NCBI GenBank assembly: GCA_038248505.1 | Contig: JBBRXJ010000001.1 | Location: 3,198-67,197, forward strand | DNA from: Bacteroidales bacterium | Lineage (GTDB): Bacteria; Bacteroidota; Bacteroidia; Bacteroidales; JBBRXJ01 | Direction of reading: 5' to 3' | DNA length: 64,000 nt | In this document: piece after piece, positions 47,071-56,641 of the stretch | Layout: each line of letters starts with the position of its first letter | Position numbering within the stretch: position 1 is the stretch's first letter | Notes under the pieces: generated by a model | The model's database searches: none | What the model saw: only the letters and a program-made list of their open reading frames with translations | What the model was told of the DNA's origin: nothing | Program-made: the position numbers and the translations under genes

Positions 47071-49101
47071 TTACAATCCTTTTTTCAACCAGTCTAGATA
47101 TTTTTCAATGTCGGTTTCCATTCCTATTGGAGGCACTTTAACACTACCATCAGAATTCAGTATAACGTACAATGGTTGTGTGTTTGAATTAAAACGAGTA
47201 ATTTGAATATCGGCATTTTTCTTACCCATTGTGTTCTTTACTTTTCCGTCGTAGCTTGAAGTTATCCAATCTTTCTCTTTCAAATAAGTACGGTCGTCAA
47301 CATAAAGAGCTACTATTAAAAAATTTTCTGAGAGTAACTTTTTAACCGCAGGATCAGACCATACTTTGTTTTCCATCTCTTTGCAATTGGTACATGCATG
47401 TCCTTTAAAAGAAAGGAGTACGGGTTTGTTTTGTTTTGTAGCACAATCTAAACCCTCATTTAAATCAAAATACCCTTGCAAATTATGAGGCAGATGGAGG
47501 ATGTCTGAATACAAAGGTTGAGAGCAAAGTTGTGAATCTTCAACAATAGATTTAGGTGTGTTAACTTCGGCAATTTCTTCAGGCGGCAAAAATGACGAGA
47601 TTGCCTTTAGAGGATCTCCAAATAAACCTTTTGAAAGATATGCGACAAAAGCAAATACAGCAATAGCAAGTAATAGACGCGGGATGCTCAGGTTTTGAAT
47701 TGGCGTATCATGATGTAACGTAATTTTGCCTAAAAGGTATAAGCCAAGCAATGCAAATAGTGAAATCCAAATAGACAAATATGCTGTTCTATTAATTATT
47801 TCAAGATGGTAAGACTGGCTCATATTAGATAAGAATTTTAAGCTAAAAGCCAACATTACAAAGGCAAGTACCACTTTAACGGCGTTCATCCACCCGCCAG
47901 ATTTAGGAAGGTTTTTTAATGCCGCAGGAAAAATGGCCAAGAGTGTGAAGGGTAAAGCGAAAGCGAGCGAAAAACCAAACATACCCACAATAGGTTTTAC
48001 TGACAAACCGTTTGCCGCTTCAATAAGAATGCTACCTACAATTGGTCCGGTGCATGAAAATGAAACAATAACTAAAGTAAGAGCCATAAAAAAACTACCA
48101 GCAAAACCGCCTTTATCAACTAATTTATCGGTTTTGTCGCCAAGATTACCTGGTAAAACAATTTCAAATAAACCTAAAAACGAAAGAGCAAATGCAATAA
48201 ATAAAATAAAGAAGATGCTGTTGGGTAGCCAATGTGTACTGAGGGCATTTCCAAAGCCTGCCCCTAAATTACTAACTGAGATAAGAATTCCGATAAGAGA
48301 ATAAATAAGTACTATTGAGAGACCAAAAATCAATGCATTCATTATCGCTTTGCTGCGTGAACCAGAACCACGTATGAAAAAAGAAACTGTCATTGGTAAC
48401 ATCGGAAATACACATGGTGTAAGCAATCCAAGGATACCCCCTAAAAAAGAGATAATGAAAAATTTCCACAATCCATTACTTGTTTTACTTGTAGCTTGTT
48501 CCGTTTTAATATTAGAGCCATGAGATAAAATATCGCCATTTGTAGTATTTGAAATAGGAATTGATGAGGTATCAATTCTAGCAAAAACTGTCTTTTTAGA
48601 AGTATCGCTAATCGATATAATGGAGCTTGATTTTGAGATTTTATCTGCATCTAAAGAAAATGAAAAATCGACCTCAAATGGAGGTGTACAAGTACGATCA
48701 TTACAACAAATATATTCTAAGTACCCTTTAATATTAACTGTAGATTGCGATAGCAAAATGACTCTTCTGGAAAGAATAATTTTATTGCTGAACATAGGAA
48801 TATTCATCATAAAATTCTCATCGTATTTTACAACAGCTTTAGTGATTTCAATGATTTCACCCTCTGTTTTAAAATCTTTTAATTCGGTAAAATTAATTGT
48901 AGTAGGCAATGGCCCATCAGCTGGCACTTTGGTGCCGTAAAGATGCCAAGATTCTTTAATCGTTCCTGTAAACGTTAAATCATAGGTATTTTCTGTAATT
49001 TTCTTGGATGAAAATGCCCAATTAACAGGATTAACAACTTGTGCATTTAAATATACGGATGAAATTAGAAGGAGAGTGCTAATTACTTTTCTTATTGTCA
49101 T
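47071..49101 (-). CDS. dsbD: Thiol:disulfide interchange protein DsbD (CcdA-like membrane core plus C-terminal thioredoxin domain)
   Basis: Membrane Cys motifs LTPCVFPMLP and SFSCTGP, and thioredoxin CTNC in ...FKGHACTNCKEME; 676 aa. Confidence 0.85.
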   Translation of the reverse strand: MTIRKVISTLLLISSVYLNAQVVNPVNWAFSSKKITENTYDLTFTGTIKESWHLYGTKVPADGPLPTTINFTELKDFKTEGEIIEITKAVVKYDENFMMNIPMFSNKIILSRRVILLSQSTVNIKGYLEYICCNDRTCTPPFEVDFSFSLDADKISKSSSIISISDTSKKTVFARIDTSSIPISNTTNGDILSHGSNIKTEQATSKTSNGLWKFFIISFLGGILGLLTPCVFPMLPMTVSFFIRGSGSRSKAIMNALIFGLSIVLIYSLIGILISVSNLGAGFGNALSTHWLPNSIFFILFIAFALSFLGLFEIVLPGNLGDKTDKLVDKGGFAGSFFMALTLVIVSFSCTGPIVGSILIEAANGLSVKPIVGMFGFSLAFALPFTLLAIFPAALKNLPKSGGWMNAVKVVLAFVMLAFSLKFLSNMSQSYHLEIINRTAYLSIWISLFALLGLYLLGKITLHHDTPIQNLSIPRLLLAIAVFAFVAYLSKGLFGDPLKAISSFLPPEEIAEVNTPKSIVEDSQLCSQPLYSDILHLPHNLQGYFDLNEGLDCATKQNKPVLLSFKGHACTNCKEMENKVWSDPAVKKLLSENFLIVALYVDDRTYLKEKDWITSSYDGKVKNTMGKKNADIQITRFNSNTQPLYVILNSDGSVKVPPIGMETDIEKYLDWLKKGL

Positions 49102-49360
49102 AATATCTTTTTTTTAGAAAATGATTCCTAATAATGATTCACAAATAATGAATTTACAAAATCATTGTGCATTATTTGTTGCGTATTGGCTGAATTTCCA
49201 ATGACAATTGTACCCAAACAAACAACTATACATGCTATTCTAGGGTTTTACACGCAGTTATTTAATTTTAGCCTCTATATCAGAACTAATGCATAATTTT
49301 AAAAAACGCACATTGTGAGTGTTTATTACAAATATATTATGAAAAAGCGAATGAAATGAA

Positions 49361-50908
49361 TCACGTTTGTATAACATCTCCATTTTTATCAATAAAACGA
49401 TATTCGAAAAGACCATATGCACTAACACCTTCCACTTCGAGTTTAGAACCATACTTCCAATTCCACTTTCTGCGTAAAGACCAAATACCATGAATGATGA
49501 AAGCGGCTACGTATGGATGTACTTGTAGTGTTATTTTTTTAAGTCTTGATGCTTTCATAACAGCCACTAAACGACTCTCAAGTTCATCGGTAAAAACAAT
49601 ACTTGGGGTAATATCGCCGGAACCTTTACATGTAGGGCACTTTTCAATATTTTCGATATTTGTTTCAGGCCTCACTCTTTGACGCGTAATTTGCATTAAT
49701 CCAAATTTGCTGAGAGGTAATATGGAGTGTTTGGCTCTATCACTAAGCATTATCTCCTTCATTTTTTCAAATAAAAGCTGCTTATTTTCTGTCATTTGCA
49801 TATCAATAAAGTCAATTACAATAATACCACCCATATCGCGCAATCTTAGTTGACGCGCAATTTCAGCAGCAGCAGCCAAATTTGTTTCGAGGGCATTTTT
49901 CTCTTGATCTTTTCCAGCTTCGGCACGATTTCCACTATTTACATCAATAACATGCAGCGCTTCAGTGTGTTCTACGATAAGATAGGCGCCGCTGCGAAAG
50001 GGAACTATTCGTCCAAACAAAGATTTTATTTGTTTGTCAACTCCATGATGCTCAAAAACAGAAGTTTTACCAGAATAATGCTTTAGGATTTTTTTACGAT
50101 CGGGCGCAATATCATTAAGGTAACCTTTTACTTCATTATAAAGATTCTCATCATCAATGATGATAGAATTAAATTCAAGATTTAAAATATCTCTCACCAA
50201 GGCCGAGGTACGAGAAAGTTCACTAAGTACAAGAGAAGGAGCTTTATGGTTTTTTAAAGTGTTAACGGTATACTCCCAGCGTTTAACAAGTTGACGTAAT
50301 TCCTGATCGAGCACTATTACCTTCTTATCTTGCGCCGCTGTACGAACAATAACCCCATAATTATTGGGTTTAATATTTTTAATTAGCTGCTTAAGACGAT
50401 TTCGCTCCTCATACGATTCAATTCGCTGTGAAATAGAAACCCTGTCAGAAAAAGGTATTAGCACAAGATTACGACCTGGAATAGAAATTTCAGAGCTTAG
50501 TCTTGGTCCTTTAGTTGATATAGGTTCCTTGGTGATTTGAACCAAGACATTTTGTCCTTCTTTAAGAACGGTTGTTATTTTGCCCTTCTTATCAATATCT
50601 GGTTTACCCTTGAAGATTTGAAATTCAGGGGTTTTTCCTTTCTTGAAGATATAATCGACGAGCATGTTAAGCGAAGCAAATTGGGGTCCTAAATCAAGAT
50701 AATGCAGAAATGCATCTTTCTCATATCCAACATTAATAAAACCAGCGTTCAAACCGGCCATGATTTTTCGGACCTTTCCGAGGTATATATCACCTACAGA
50801 GAACTGTAAGTCTTTTTTCTCTTTTGTGAGCTCAACAAGGTTTTTATCTTCAAGTAAGGCAATTGCAATTTCCGATGGGGAAACATGTATAATTAGATCC
50901 TTACTCAC
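49361..50908 (-). CDS. rng: Ribonuclease E/G family endoribonuclease
   Basis: S1 domain (VGDIYLGKVRKIMAGLNAGFINVG) and catalytic core (IVEHTEALHVIDVNSG, GGIIVIDFIDM); 515 aa. Confidence 0.9.
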   Translation of the reverse strand: MSKDLIIHVSPSEIAIALLEDKNLVELTKEKKDLQFSVGDIYLGKVRKIMAGLNAGFINVGYEKDAFLHYLDLGPQFASLNMLVDYIFKKGKTPEFQIFKGKPDIDKKGKITTVLKEGQNVLVQITKEPISTKGPRLSSEISIPGRNLVLIPFSDRVSISQRIESYEERNRLKQLIKNIKPNNYGVIVRTAAQDKKVIVLDQELRQLVKRWEYTVNTLKNHKAPSLVLSELSRTSALVRDILNLEFNSIIIDDENLYNEVKGYLNDIAPDRKKILKHYSGKTSVFEHHGVDKQIKSLFGRIVPFRSGAYLIVEHTEALHVIDVNSGNRAEAGKDQEKNALETNLAAAAEIARQLRLRDMGGIIVIDFIDMQMTENKQLLFEKMKEIMLSDRAKHSILPLSKFGLMQITRQRVRPETNIENIEKCPTCKGSGDITPSIVFTDELESRLVAVMKASRLKKITLQVHPYVAAFIIHGIWSLRRKWNWKYGSKLEVEGVSAYGLFEYRFIDKNGDVIQT

Positions 50909-50956
50909 TATCCTATTGATTTTTAAGCACTAATGCTTATTAAAACATAACACATT

Positions 50957-51004
50957 AAAAGACAATAAACCTAAAGCGCAAAGCTTTAGGTTTATTGTCT
51001 TTTA
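50957..51004 (-). terminator. Strong hairpin terminator between the HU/small-basic-ORF unit and rng
   Basis: 17-bp perfect stem GACAATAAACCTAAAGC (50961-50977) / GCTTTAGGTTTATTGTC (50983-50999) with a 5-nt loop, flanked by A4 and T4 so it could work in either direction. Confidence 0.8.
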
Positions 51005-51021
51005 AAAAAATCCGAAATTAA

Positions 51022-51117
51022 CTAACGAATCTTCTTTTTGTGCCTATTCTTCCTCAAACGTTTTTTACGTTTGTGGGTAGCCATCTTATGTCTCTTTCTT
51101 TTCTTTCCGCAAGGCAT
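51022..51117 (-). CDS. 31-aa extremely basic protein (bS22 / AURKAIP1-COX24-like), absent from the ORF track
   Basis: The reverse complement reads ATG CCT TGC ... CGT TAG, giving MPCGKKRKRHKMATHKRKKRLRKNRHKKKIR. It lies 18 nt downstream of the HU gene and is followed by the 50957-51004 hairpin. The KRKRHKM..HKRKKR pattern matches my recollection of a small protein conserved in Bacteroidota. Confidence 0.6.
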   Translation of the reverse strand: MPCGKKRKRHKMATHKRKKRLRKNRHKKKIR

Positions 51118-51135
51118 ATTACCAATTTTTAAAGA

Positions 51136-51423
51136 TTATTTTTTAACGTTACCTTTTACACTATTTATAAACACCTTAGCCGGCTTGAAAGAAGGAATAT
51201 GATGTTCTGGTATTATAATCGTTGTGTTTCTTGAGATATTTCTAGCGGTTTTCTTGGCTCTTTTCTTAACGATAAAGCTACCAAAGCCTCTTAAATACAC
51301 ATTTTTGTTTTTTTCGAGTGATTCTTTCACTGATTCCATGAAAGCTTCAACTGATTTCTGTACAGCTGCCTTCTCGATACCCGTTTTTTTGGAGATCTCG
51401 TTTACGATGTCTGCTTTAGTCAT
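51136..51423 (-). CDS. hup: HU-family DNA-binding protein
   Basis: MTKADIVNEISKKTG...VYLRGFGSF.VKKRA...ARN...IPEHHIPSFKP; 95 aa. Confidence 0.9.
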   Translation of the reverse strand: MTKADIVNEISKKTGIEKAAVQKSVEAFMESVKESLEKNKNVYLRGFGSFIVKKRAKKTARNISRNTTIIIPEHHIPSFKPAKVFINSVKGNVKK

Positions 51424-51570
51424 GTTAAAATTATATTAAAATGTTAAGGAATTATTTAATTACAAGTAAGTTACTAATAATATTGGAGTGCAAATATATA
51501 TTATTTTTTTATTGCTCGATAATTTTGCATGAATAATTTTCGTTTTTTAATGTTTTTAAGCCATTTACAA

Positions 51571-52635
51571 ATGAATTTTGATAAGATCTTAATAAAATGG
51601 TATCACCAGAATAAGCGAGATTTGCCCTGGCGAAACACACGTGATCCATATTTTATATGGGTTTCAGAGATAATATTGCAACAAACCCGCGTGGCTCAAG
51701 GTTTACCTTATTATATGCGATTTATTGAGCGATTCCCTACTATTGATATGCTTGCCCAAGCACCCCTTGACGATGTTTTAAAAAAGTGGCAAGGTTTAGG
51801 TTATTATTCAAGAGCTCGAAACATGCATCATACAGCTTGTGAAATAATGAACTCAGGAGGTAATTTCCCTAAAACCTATAATGAGATCATAAAACTTAAA
51901 GGTATTGGGCCATATACAGCAGCTGCTATTGCATCTTTTTGTTTTAAAGAAGCTGTAGCTGTGGTAGATGGAAATGTAATTCGTTTGCTGTGCCGTTTCT
52001 ATGGTATAATGGATGCACCAGATCGCCCAGAGACCTTAAAAACAATTAAAAGCTTTGCTCAAGAGCTAATTAGTAAACAATCGCCTGATGAGTATAATCA
52101 GGCGATAATGGAATTTGGAGCTACTATTTGTACGCCAGCCAATCCACTTTGCCAAGTTTGTATTTTTAAGAATAATTGTAAAGCCTTAGAATTGAATTTA
52201 ACAGATCAAATTCCGGCTCCTAAAAACGCAACTATTAAGAGAAATCGTTTTTTTTATTACTTTGTTCTTAAACAAGGACCTTATACCTATATAAAGCAGC
52301 GTATTGGAAAAGATATTTGGCAATCATTGTACGAGTTTCCGCTTATTGAACTAAGTGAAAAGTTAAGTGATAAGCAGTTTCTATTAGGGAGATTTGCAAA
52401 AAAACTATTAAAAGGTATAGAATATAGATATATAAATAAGACGGTCAGTTATACTCATAAGTTGAGTCATCAAACAATTTACGCCATCTTTTATGAGGTT
52501 GAGATAAAAGGGACTAGCAACAATACAATATTTTCGGACTATAAGAAAATTCATTTTTATGAATTAGAAAATTATCCAATATCACGACTAACAGAACAAT
52601 ATCTTGAAACGCAGTCGTTGAGAAATAAAAGTTAG
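51571..52635 (+). CDS. mutY: A/G-specific adenine DNA glycosylase
   Basis: WYHQNKRDLPWR, HhH-GPD region LKGIGPYTAAAI, 4Fe-4S cluster CTPANPLCQVCIFKNNC, and a NUDIX-like C-terminal domain. The ATG at 51571 is preferred to 51529. Confidence 0.9.
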   Translation: MNFDKILIKWYHQNKRDLPWRNTRDPYFIWVSEIILQQTRVAQGLPYYMRFIERFPTIDMLAQAPLDDVLKKWQGLGYYSRARNMHHTACEIMNSGGNFPKTYNEIIKLKGIGPYTAAAIASFCFKEAVAVVDGNVIRLLCRFYGIMDAPDRPETLKTIKSFAQELISKQSPDEYNQAIMEFGATICTPANPLCQVCIFKNNCKALELNLTDQIPAPKNATIKRNRFFYYFVLKQGPYTYIKQRIGKDIWQSLYEFPLIELSEKLSDKQFLLGRFAKKLLKGIEYRYINKTVSYTHKLSHQTIYAIFYEVEIKGTSNNTIFSDYKKIHFYELENYPISRLTEQYLETQSLRNKS

Positions 52636-52752
52636 GAAGGATTGCAAATAGAAGAGGATTTTAAGGTGGTTTATTTGTGACTAATAATTTTGCTATTCAC
52701 TTAAAATTTAGTAATCTTGTATGTAGACTACCATATTTAAATATTTGAAACT

Positions 52753-53196
52753 ATGTCAATTAATAAAGTTATTCTATTAGGAAATGTGGGCAAAGACCCC
52801 GAGGTTAAGTATTTGGATAATAATTTAGCTTTTTGCAGATTTCCATTAGCAACAAGTGAGAATTACACAAATAAAAGTGGAGAAAAAGTTAGCAACACAG
52901 AATGGCACAACATCACAATGTGGCGTCGGTTAGCTGAAATTGCTGAGAAATATGTAAAAAAAGGAGATCAATTATATATTGAAGGAAGAATTCGTTCACG
53001 CGCTTATGATGATAAAGATGGGAATAAACGTTATGTAACAGAAATAGTAGCAGATAATATGCAATTGTTAAGTAAACGTGGAACATCTACGGATGGCAAA
53101 GAAGAAATTTCTGCTGGAGCTGCTATTGAAAATAATTACACGCAACCTGAATCGGTAGAGAACATAAGTCCAGCCGCCGACGATTTGCCATTTTAA
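52753..53196 (+). CDS. ssb: Single-stranded DNA-binding protein
   Basis: MSINKVILLGNVGKDPEV OB-fold N-terminus and an acidic C-terminal tip DDLPF. Confidence 0.95.
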   Translation: MSINKVILLGNVGKDPEVKYLDNNLAFCRFPLATSENYTNKSGEKVSNTEWHNITMWRRLAEIAEKYVKKGDQLYIEGRIRSRAYDDKDGNKRYVTEIVADNMQLLSKRGTSTDGKEEISAGAAIENNYTQPESVENISPAADDLPF

Positions 53197-53226
53197 TTTT
53201 GGCGAAAAAATAAATTCCATACACCC

Positions 53227-54573
53227 TTGGAAAGCGAATCCTATTTTTACGAGATAATAACAGCATTTAACACAACAACCGGAATAACAATAACGCTGGC
53301 AGTTGTGTTTTTGCTTTTTTTAATCGCGTCTCTTATTTCGGGATGCGAGGTGGCTTTCTTTTCCTTATCGGCAGAAAAAGTAAATAGTATAAAGGAGAAG
53401 GATACTCGTCAAAACAAACTTATTTTAAAATATCTTAATAATGCAGATGATTTATTAGCGACTATAACAACAGCAAAAAGCTTAATAAATACATTTATTC
53501 TTATTCTCATTACATTCTTTTCTTTTTCAATTATTCAGCATTTTCACCATGCCATTTTAATTTTTGTTCTTGAGTTTTTACTTGCAGCATTTCTTGTTCT
53601 TTTTTTAGAAGAGAAACTCTCCAATGCATTTGCTGCAAAACATTCGTTCGCATTTGTTATTTTTATGGTATATCCAATCTATTTATTAGGTCTTGTTTTA
53701 TGGCCATTAAACCGATTATTAATATATACCAACAAAGGACTGAATAACCGATTATTACAGCATAAATACAAGGTAACAATTGATGAGCTTTCGTCAATAT
53801 TAAATTTAAGTGGGGCTAAATCTGAAGATATTCAGCTCATAAAAGGCATAATGCGATTTGCTGATACAGATGTAAAAGAGGTAATGAAATCTCGTGTTGA
53901 TGTGAGTTCAGTTGATGCCGAGCTAAATTTTAAAGAATTGAAGCAAATACTTGTAGAGACAGGTTATTCTCGTTATCCCGTTTATTCAAATACACAAGAT
54001 GATATAAAGGGAATTTTATATCTTAAAGATTTATTACCACATTTTGAATCGGCACAAGAAGATTTTGCTTGGCAGAAAATGATTCGTCCTGCATGTTTTG
54101 TTCCTGAATCACGAAGTATTTATAATGTGTTAAAAGATTTACAAAAGCAAAAGATACATATGGCCATAGTTATTGATGAGTATGGAGGTATGCATGGTAT
54201 TATAACTTTAGAAGATATACTAGAGGAAATTGTTGGCGAAATAAAGGATGAATCGGATGAAGATGAATTTGTGTATTCAAAAATTGATGACCATCATTAT
54301 ATTTTTGAAGGCAAAGTCATGATTAATGATATGCTTAGAATTGTTAATCTTAAAGATGATGTCTTTGATGATACTCCAGGTGATTCTGATACAGTAGCGG
54401 GCTTAATACTTGACTTACGAGGAGAGATGCCGCGTAAAAATGAATCGATCCATCATAAAAATTTTATTTTCACCATTGAAGCAGTTGATAAACGACGGAT
54501 ACGACAAATACGATTAACCATTCTACCAGAAGTTAGTCACAATGAAAACCAAAATGAAAAAAATAACAATTAG
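53227..54573 (+). CDS. gldE: GldE: DUF21/CNNM TM domain plus CBS pair plus CorC_HlyC domain
   Basis: Four N-terminal TM helices, a CBS pair (VMKSRVDV...; HMAIVIDEYGGMHGIITLEDILEEIVGEI) and a C-terminal transporter-associated domain. The mutY-ssb-gldE-gldD order is as in Flavobacterium johnsoniae. Only a TTG start is available at 53227. Confidence 0.75.
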   Translation: MESESYFYEIITAFNTTTGITITLAVVFLLFLIASLISGCEVAFFSLSAEKVNSIKEKDTRQNKLILKYLNNADDLLATITTAKSLINTFILILITFFSFSIIQHFHHAILIFVLEFLLAAFLVLFLEEKLSNAFAAKHSFAFVIFMVYPIYLLGLVLWPLNRLLIYTNKGLNNRLLQHKYKVTIDELSSILNLSGAKSEDIQLIKGIMRFADTDVKEVMKSRVDVSSVDAELNFKELKQILVETGYSRYPVYSNTQDDIKGILYLKDLLPHFESAQEDFAWQKMIRPACFVPESRSIYNVLKDLQKQKIHMAIVIDEYGGMHGIITLEDILEEIVGEIKDESDEDEFVYSKIDDHHYIFEGKVMINDMLRIVNLKDDVFDDTPGDSDTVAGLILDLRGEMPRKNESIHHKNFIFTIEAVDKRRIRQIRLTILPEVSHNENQNEKNNN

Positions 54574-55141
54574 ACTTACTTTTGTTGTATTGCTGATACT
54601 CCTTTTTTCATGCAAAGAGCACTATACACCAAAACCGTTAGGGTATTTCAGAATCGATTTACCAACTAAAAACTACATGAGATACACATCAACATGTCCA
54701 TATAGTTTTGAATATCCCGACTATGCCTCAATTACTCCAGATTCAAGTCCACGATCTGAAGCATGTTTTCTTAATGTTACCTTTAAAAACTTTAATGGCA
54801 GACTTCATTTGAGCTATAAAGAGGTTAATAACAATTTAGCTCAATTTACTGAAGATGCTCATATGTTTGTATATAAACATACCATTAAGGCCGATGCTAT
54901 TGATGAAACAATAATACATAATGACAGTACACATGTTTACGGAATAATTTATGATTTGAAAGGGAATGTTGCTTCAAATATTCAATTTTTTCTTACCGAT
55001 AGTAATCGTCATTTTTTGAGAGGAGCCCTTTATTTTGGTACAACACCTAATAAAGATTCACTTGCCCCTGTAATTGAATTTATAAGAAAAGATATAGTAC
55101 GAATTGGGGAAAGTTTAAGATGGGGGGGGATTAAATTTTGA
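54554..55141 (+). CDS. gldD: Gliding motility lipoprotein GldD
   Basis: MKKITIRLTFVVLLILLFSC lipobox followed by KEHYTPKPLGYFRIDLP, the GldD N-terminal signature as I recall it. Overlaps the gldE end. Confidence 0.8.
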   Translation: MKKITIRLTFVVLLILLFSCKEHYTPKPLGYFRIDLPTKNYMRYTSTCPYSFEYPDYASITPDSSPRSEACFLNVTFKNFNGRLHLSYKEVNNNLAQFTEDAHMFVYKHTIKADAIDETIIHNDSTHVYGIIYDLKGNVASNIQFFLTDSNRHFLRGALYFGTTPNKDSLAPVIEFIRKDIVRIGESLRWGGIKF

Positions 55142-55255
55142 ATTTAAGATCTTGTCTGCCGCGGCAGAGTTAAAAATTGTATTTACATTATTAATCGTTT
55201 TTTTTTGAAAATTATTTTAGAATTAATAATTTGATTTGTTCTATGATTAAAAGAA

Positions 55256-55894
55256 ATGTACATGGGAGTAGTTTATAAAAAAATAGTTGAGGACGATTGT
55301 ATTCTTGGTTTTTGGGATATTACAGAAAGCTTTGAGCAGTTATACCAAATGGTTCCCTTACATGAGGAAGAACAGCAATTATTATCATCATTTGGTAATG
55401 ATAAAAGAAAGGCCGAATGGTTAAGTGTACGGGCACTTGTAAATAATATACAGGGATTACCAACACGTATAGTATATAATGAAGACAGAAAACCATTCTT
55501 GCAGGATGGTTCTAATAATATTAGTATTTCACATTCACAAGAGCTAACATCTATATTGTTGAGCAATAACAAGTTGGTTGGTATTGATATTGAATTTATG
55601 TCGCATAAAATAGCCAAACTTGCCGATAAGTTTATAAATGAAGCCGAGTTTATAACATCCAATAGTGAATTAACACAATACCATTTATATATTCATTGGT
55701 GCTCCAAAGAAGCGATTTACAAAATATGCGATAAATCAAATATTAATTTCAAGGATCATATTGTTATTGAACATTTTCAACCTAACGAGCAAGGTATTGT
55801 AAAAGGATATTTAAAAAATGAATTTCGCGATGAATGTTTTGATCTCCACTATTCAAAACATGATAACTATGTTGTGGTATGGACATGCAAATAA
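55256..55894 (+). CDS. Sfp-type 4'-phosphopantetheinyl transferase
   Basis: VGIDIEFM (Mg-binding GxDxE) and WCSKEAIYK (W/FxxKEA) motifs. Confidence 0.75.
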   Translation: MYMGVVYKKIVEDDCILGFWDITESFEQLYQMVPLHEEEQQLLSSFGNDKRKAEWLSVRALVNNIQGLPTRIVYNEDRKPFLQDGSNNISISHSQELTSILLSNNKLVGIDIEFMSHKIAKLADKFINEAEFITSNSELTQYHLYIHWCSKEAIYKICDKSNINFKDHIVIEHFQPNEQGIVKGYLKNEFRDECFDLHYSKHDNYVVVWTCK

Positions 55895-56637
55895 TGAAAC
55901 AACTTTACGCAAATATAAAAGAAAAGAAGGCGTTAGGACATAAAATGTTCGCTTTACTTGTTGACCCTGGAAAAATGACAGATGAATATGTTATGTCCAT
56001 TGCAAAAGTTGCCAAAGATTCATTTGTTGATTTTTTTCTAGTTGGAGGCAGTCTCACTTCTGAATATGTTGATATTACTATTGATATACTACGGAGTAAT
56101 TCAACACTGCCTATTGTATTATACCCAGGTAGCTTGTTACAGTTATCCGATAAGGCAGATGCCATGTTTCTTCTTTCTCTGATATCAGGAAGAAATGCTG
56201 ATTTACTTATAGGGAATCACGTTTTAGCAGCACCGCTGCTGAAAAAGTCAAAAATGGAAATTATTTCAACGGGATATATATTGATAGAGAGTGAATCAAG
56301 CACTTCGGTTGAGTACATTAGTAACACAAGACCAATTCCAGCAAACAAGCCAGATATTGCTGCTGCTACAGCAATGGCGGGAGAACTGTTAGGGATGAAA
56401 ATGATTTATCTCGAAGCGGGTAGTGGAGCCAATAAAAAGGTAAATACAGAAATGATACAATATGTAAGTAAATATATATCGATTCCTTTAATTGTTGGCG
56501 GTGGTATTTGTACCGAAGATGATATTGAAATGGCCTATAATGCGGGTGCCGATATTGTAGTTGTTGGAACTGCGGTTGAAAATGATATACATATTCTAGC
56601 ACAATTGTCATTGAGCATTAAAAAATTCAAAAAATAG
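55894..56637 (+). CDS. Geranylgeranylglyceryl/heptaprenylglyceryl phosphate synthase family protein (PcrB/GGGPS)
   Basis: TIM-barrel family pattern: ...FFLVGGS..., IYLEAGSGA, PLIVGGGI, ADIVVVGTA. The ATG at 55894 shares its A with the PPTase stop (TAATG). Confidence 0.8.
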   Translation: MKQLYANIKEKKALGHKMFALLVDPGKMTDEYVMSIAKVAKDSFVDFFLVGGSLTSEYVDITIDILRSNSTLPIVLYPGSLLQLSDKADAMFLLSLISGRNADLLIGNHVLAAPLLKKSKMEIISTGYILIESESSTSVEYISNTRPIPANKPDIAAATAMAGELLGMKMIYLEAGSGANKKVNTEMIQYVSKYISIPLIVGGGICTEDDIEMAYNAGADIVVVGTAVENDIHILAQLSLSIKKFKK

Positions 56638-56641
56638 AAAA

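Noticed and set aside
47933-48304. 123-aa ORF antisense to dsbD. Similar shadows occur at 55273-55662 (opposite the PPTase), 26477-26794 (opposite the topA tail), 5704-6051 and 6108-6419 (opposite the giant cargo gene) and 42165-42404/43080-43289 (opposite wbpA)
   Set aside because: All are nested within strongly supported genes on the opposite strand. They lack start contexts and recognisable motifs, and their compositions simply mirror the sense codons.
55155-55168. GC-rich palindrome TCTGCCGCGGCAGA after gldD as an intrinsic terminator
   Set aside because: The usable stem is only 4-5 bp with a minimal loop, and the nearest T-run is about 30 nt downstream. It is noted as an unusual GC-rich palindrome in an AT-rich spacer, but it is not supportable as a terminator.
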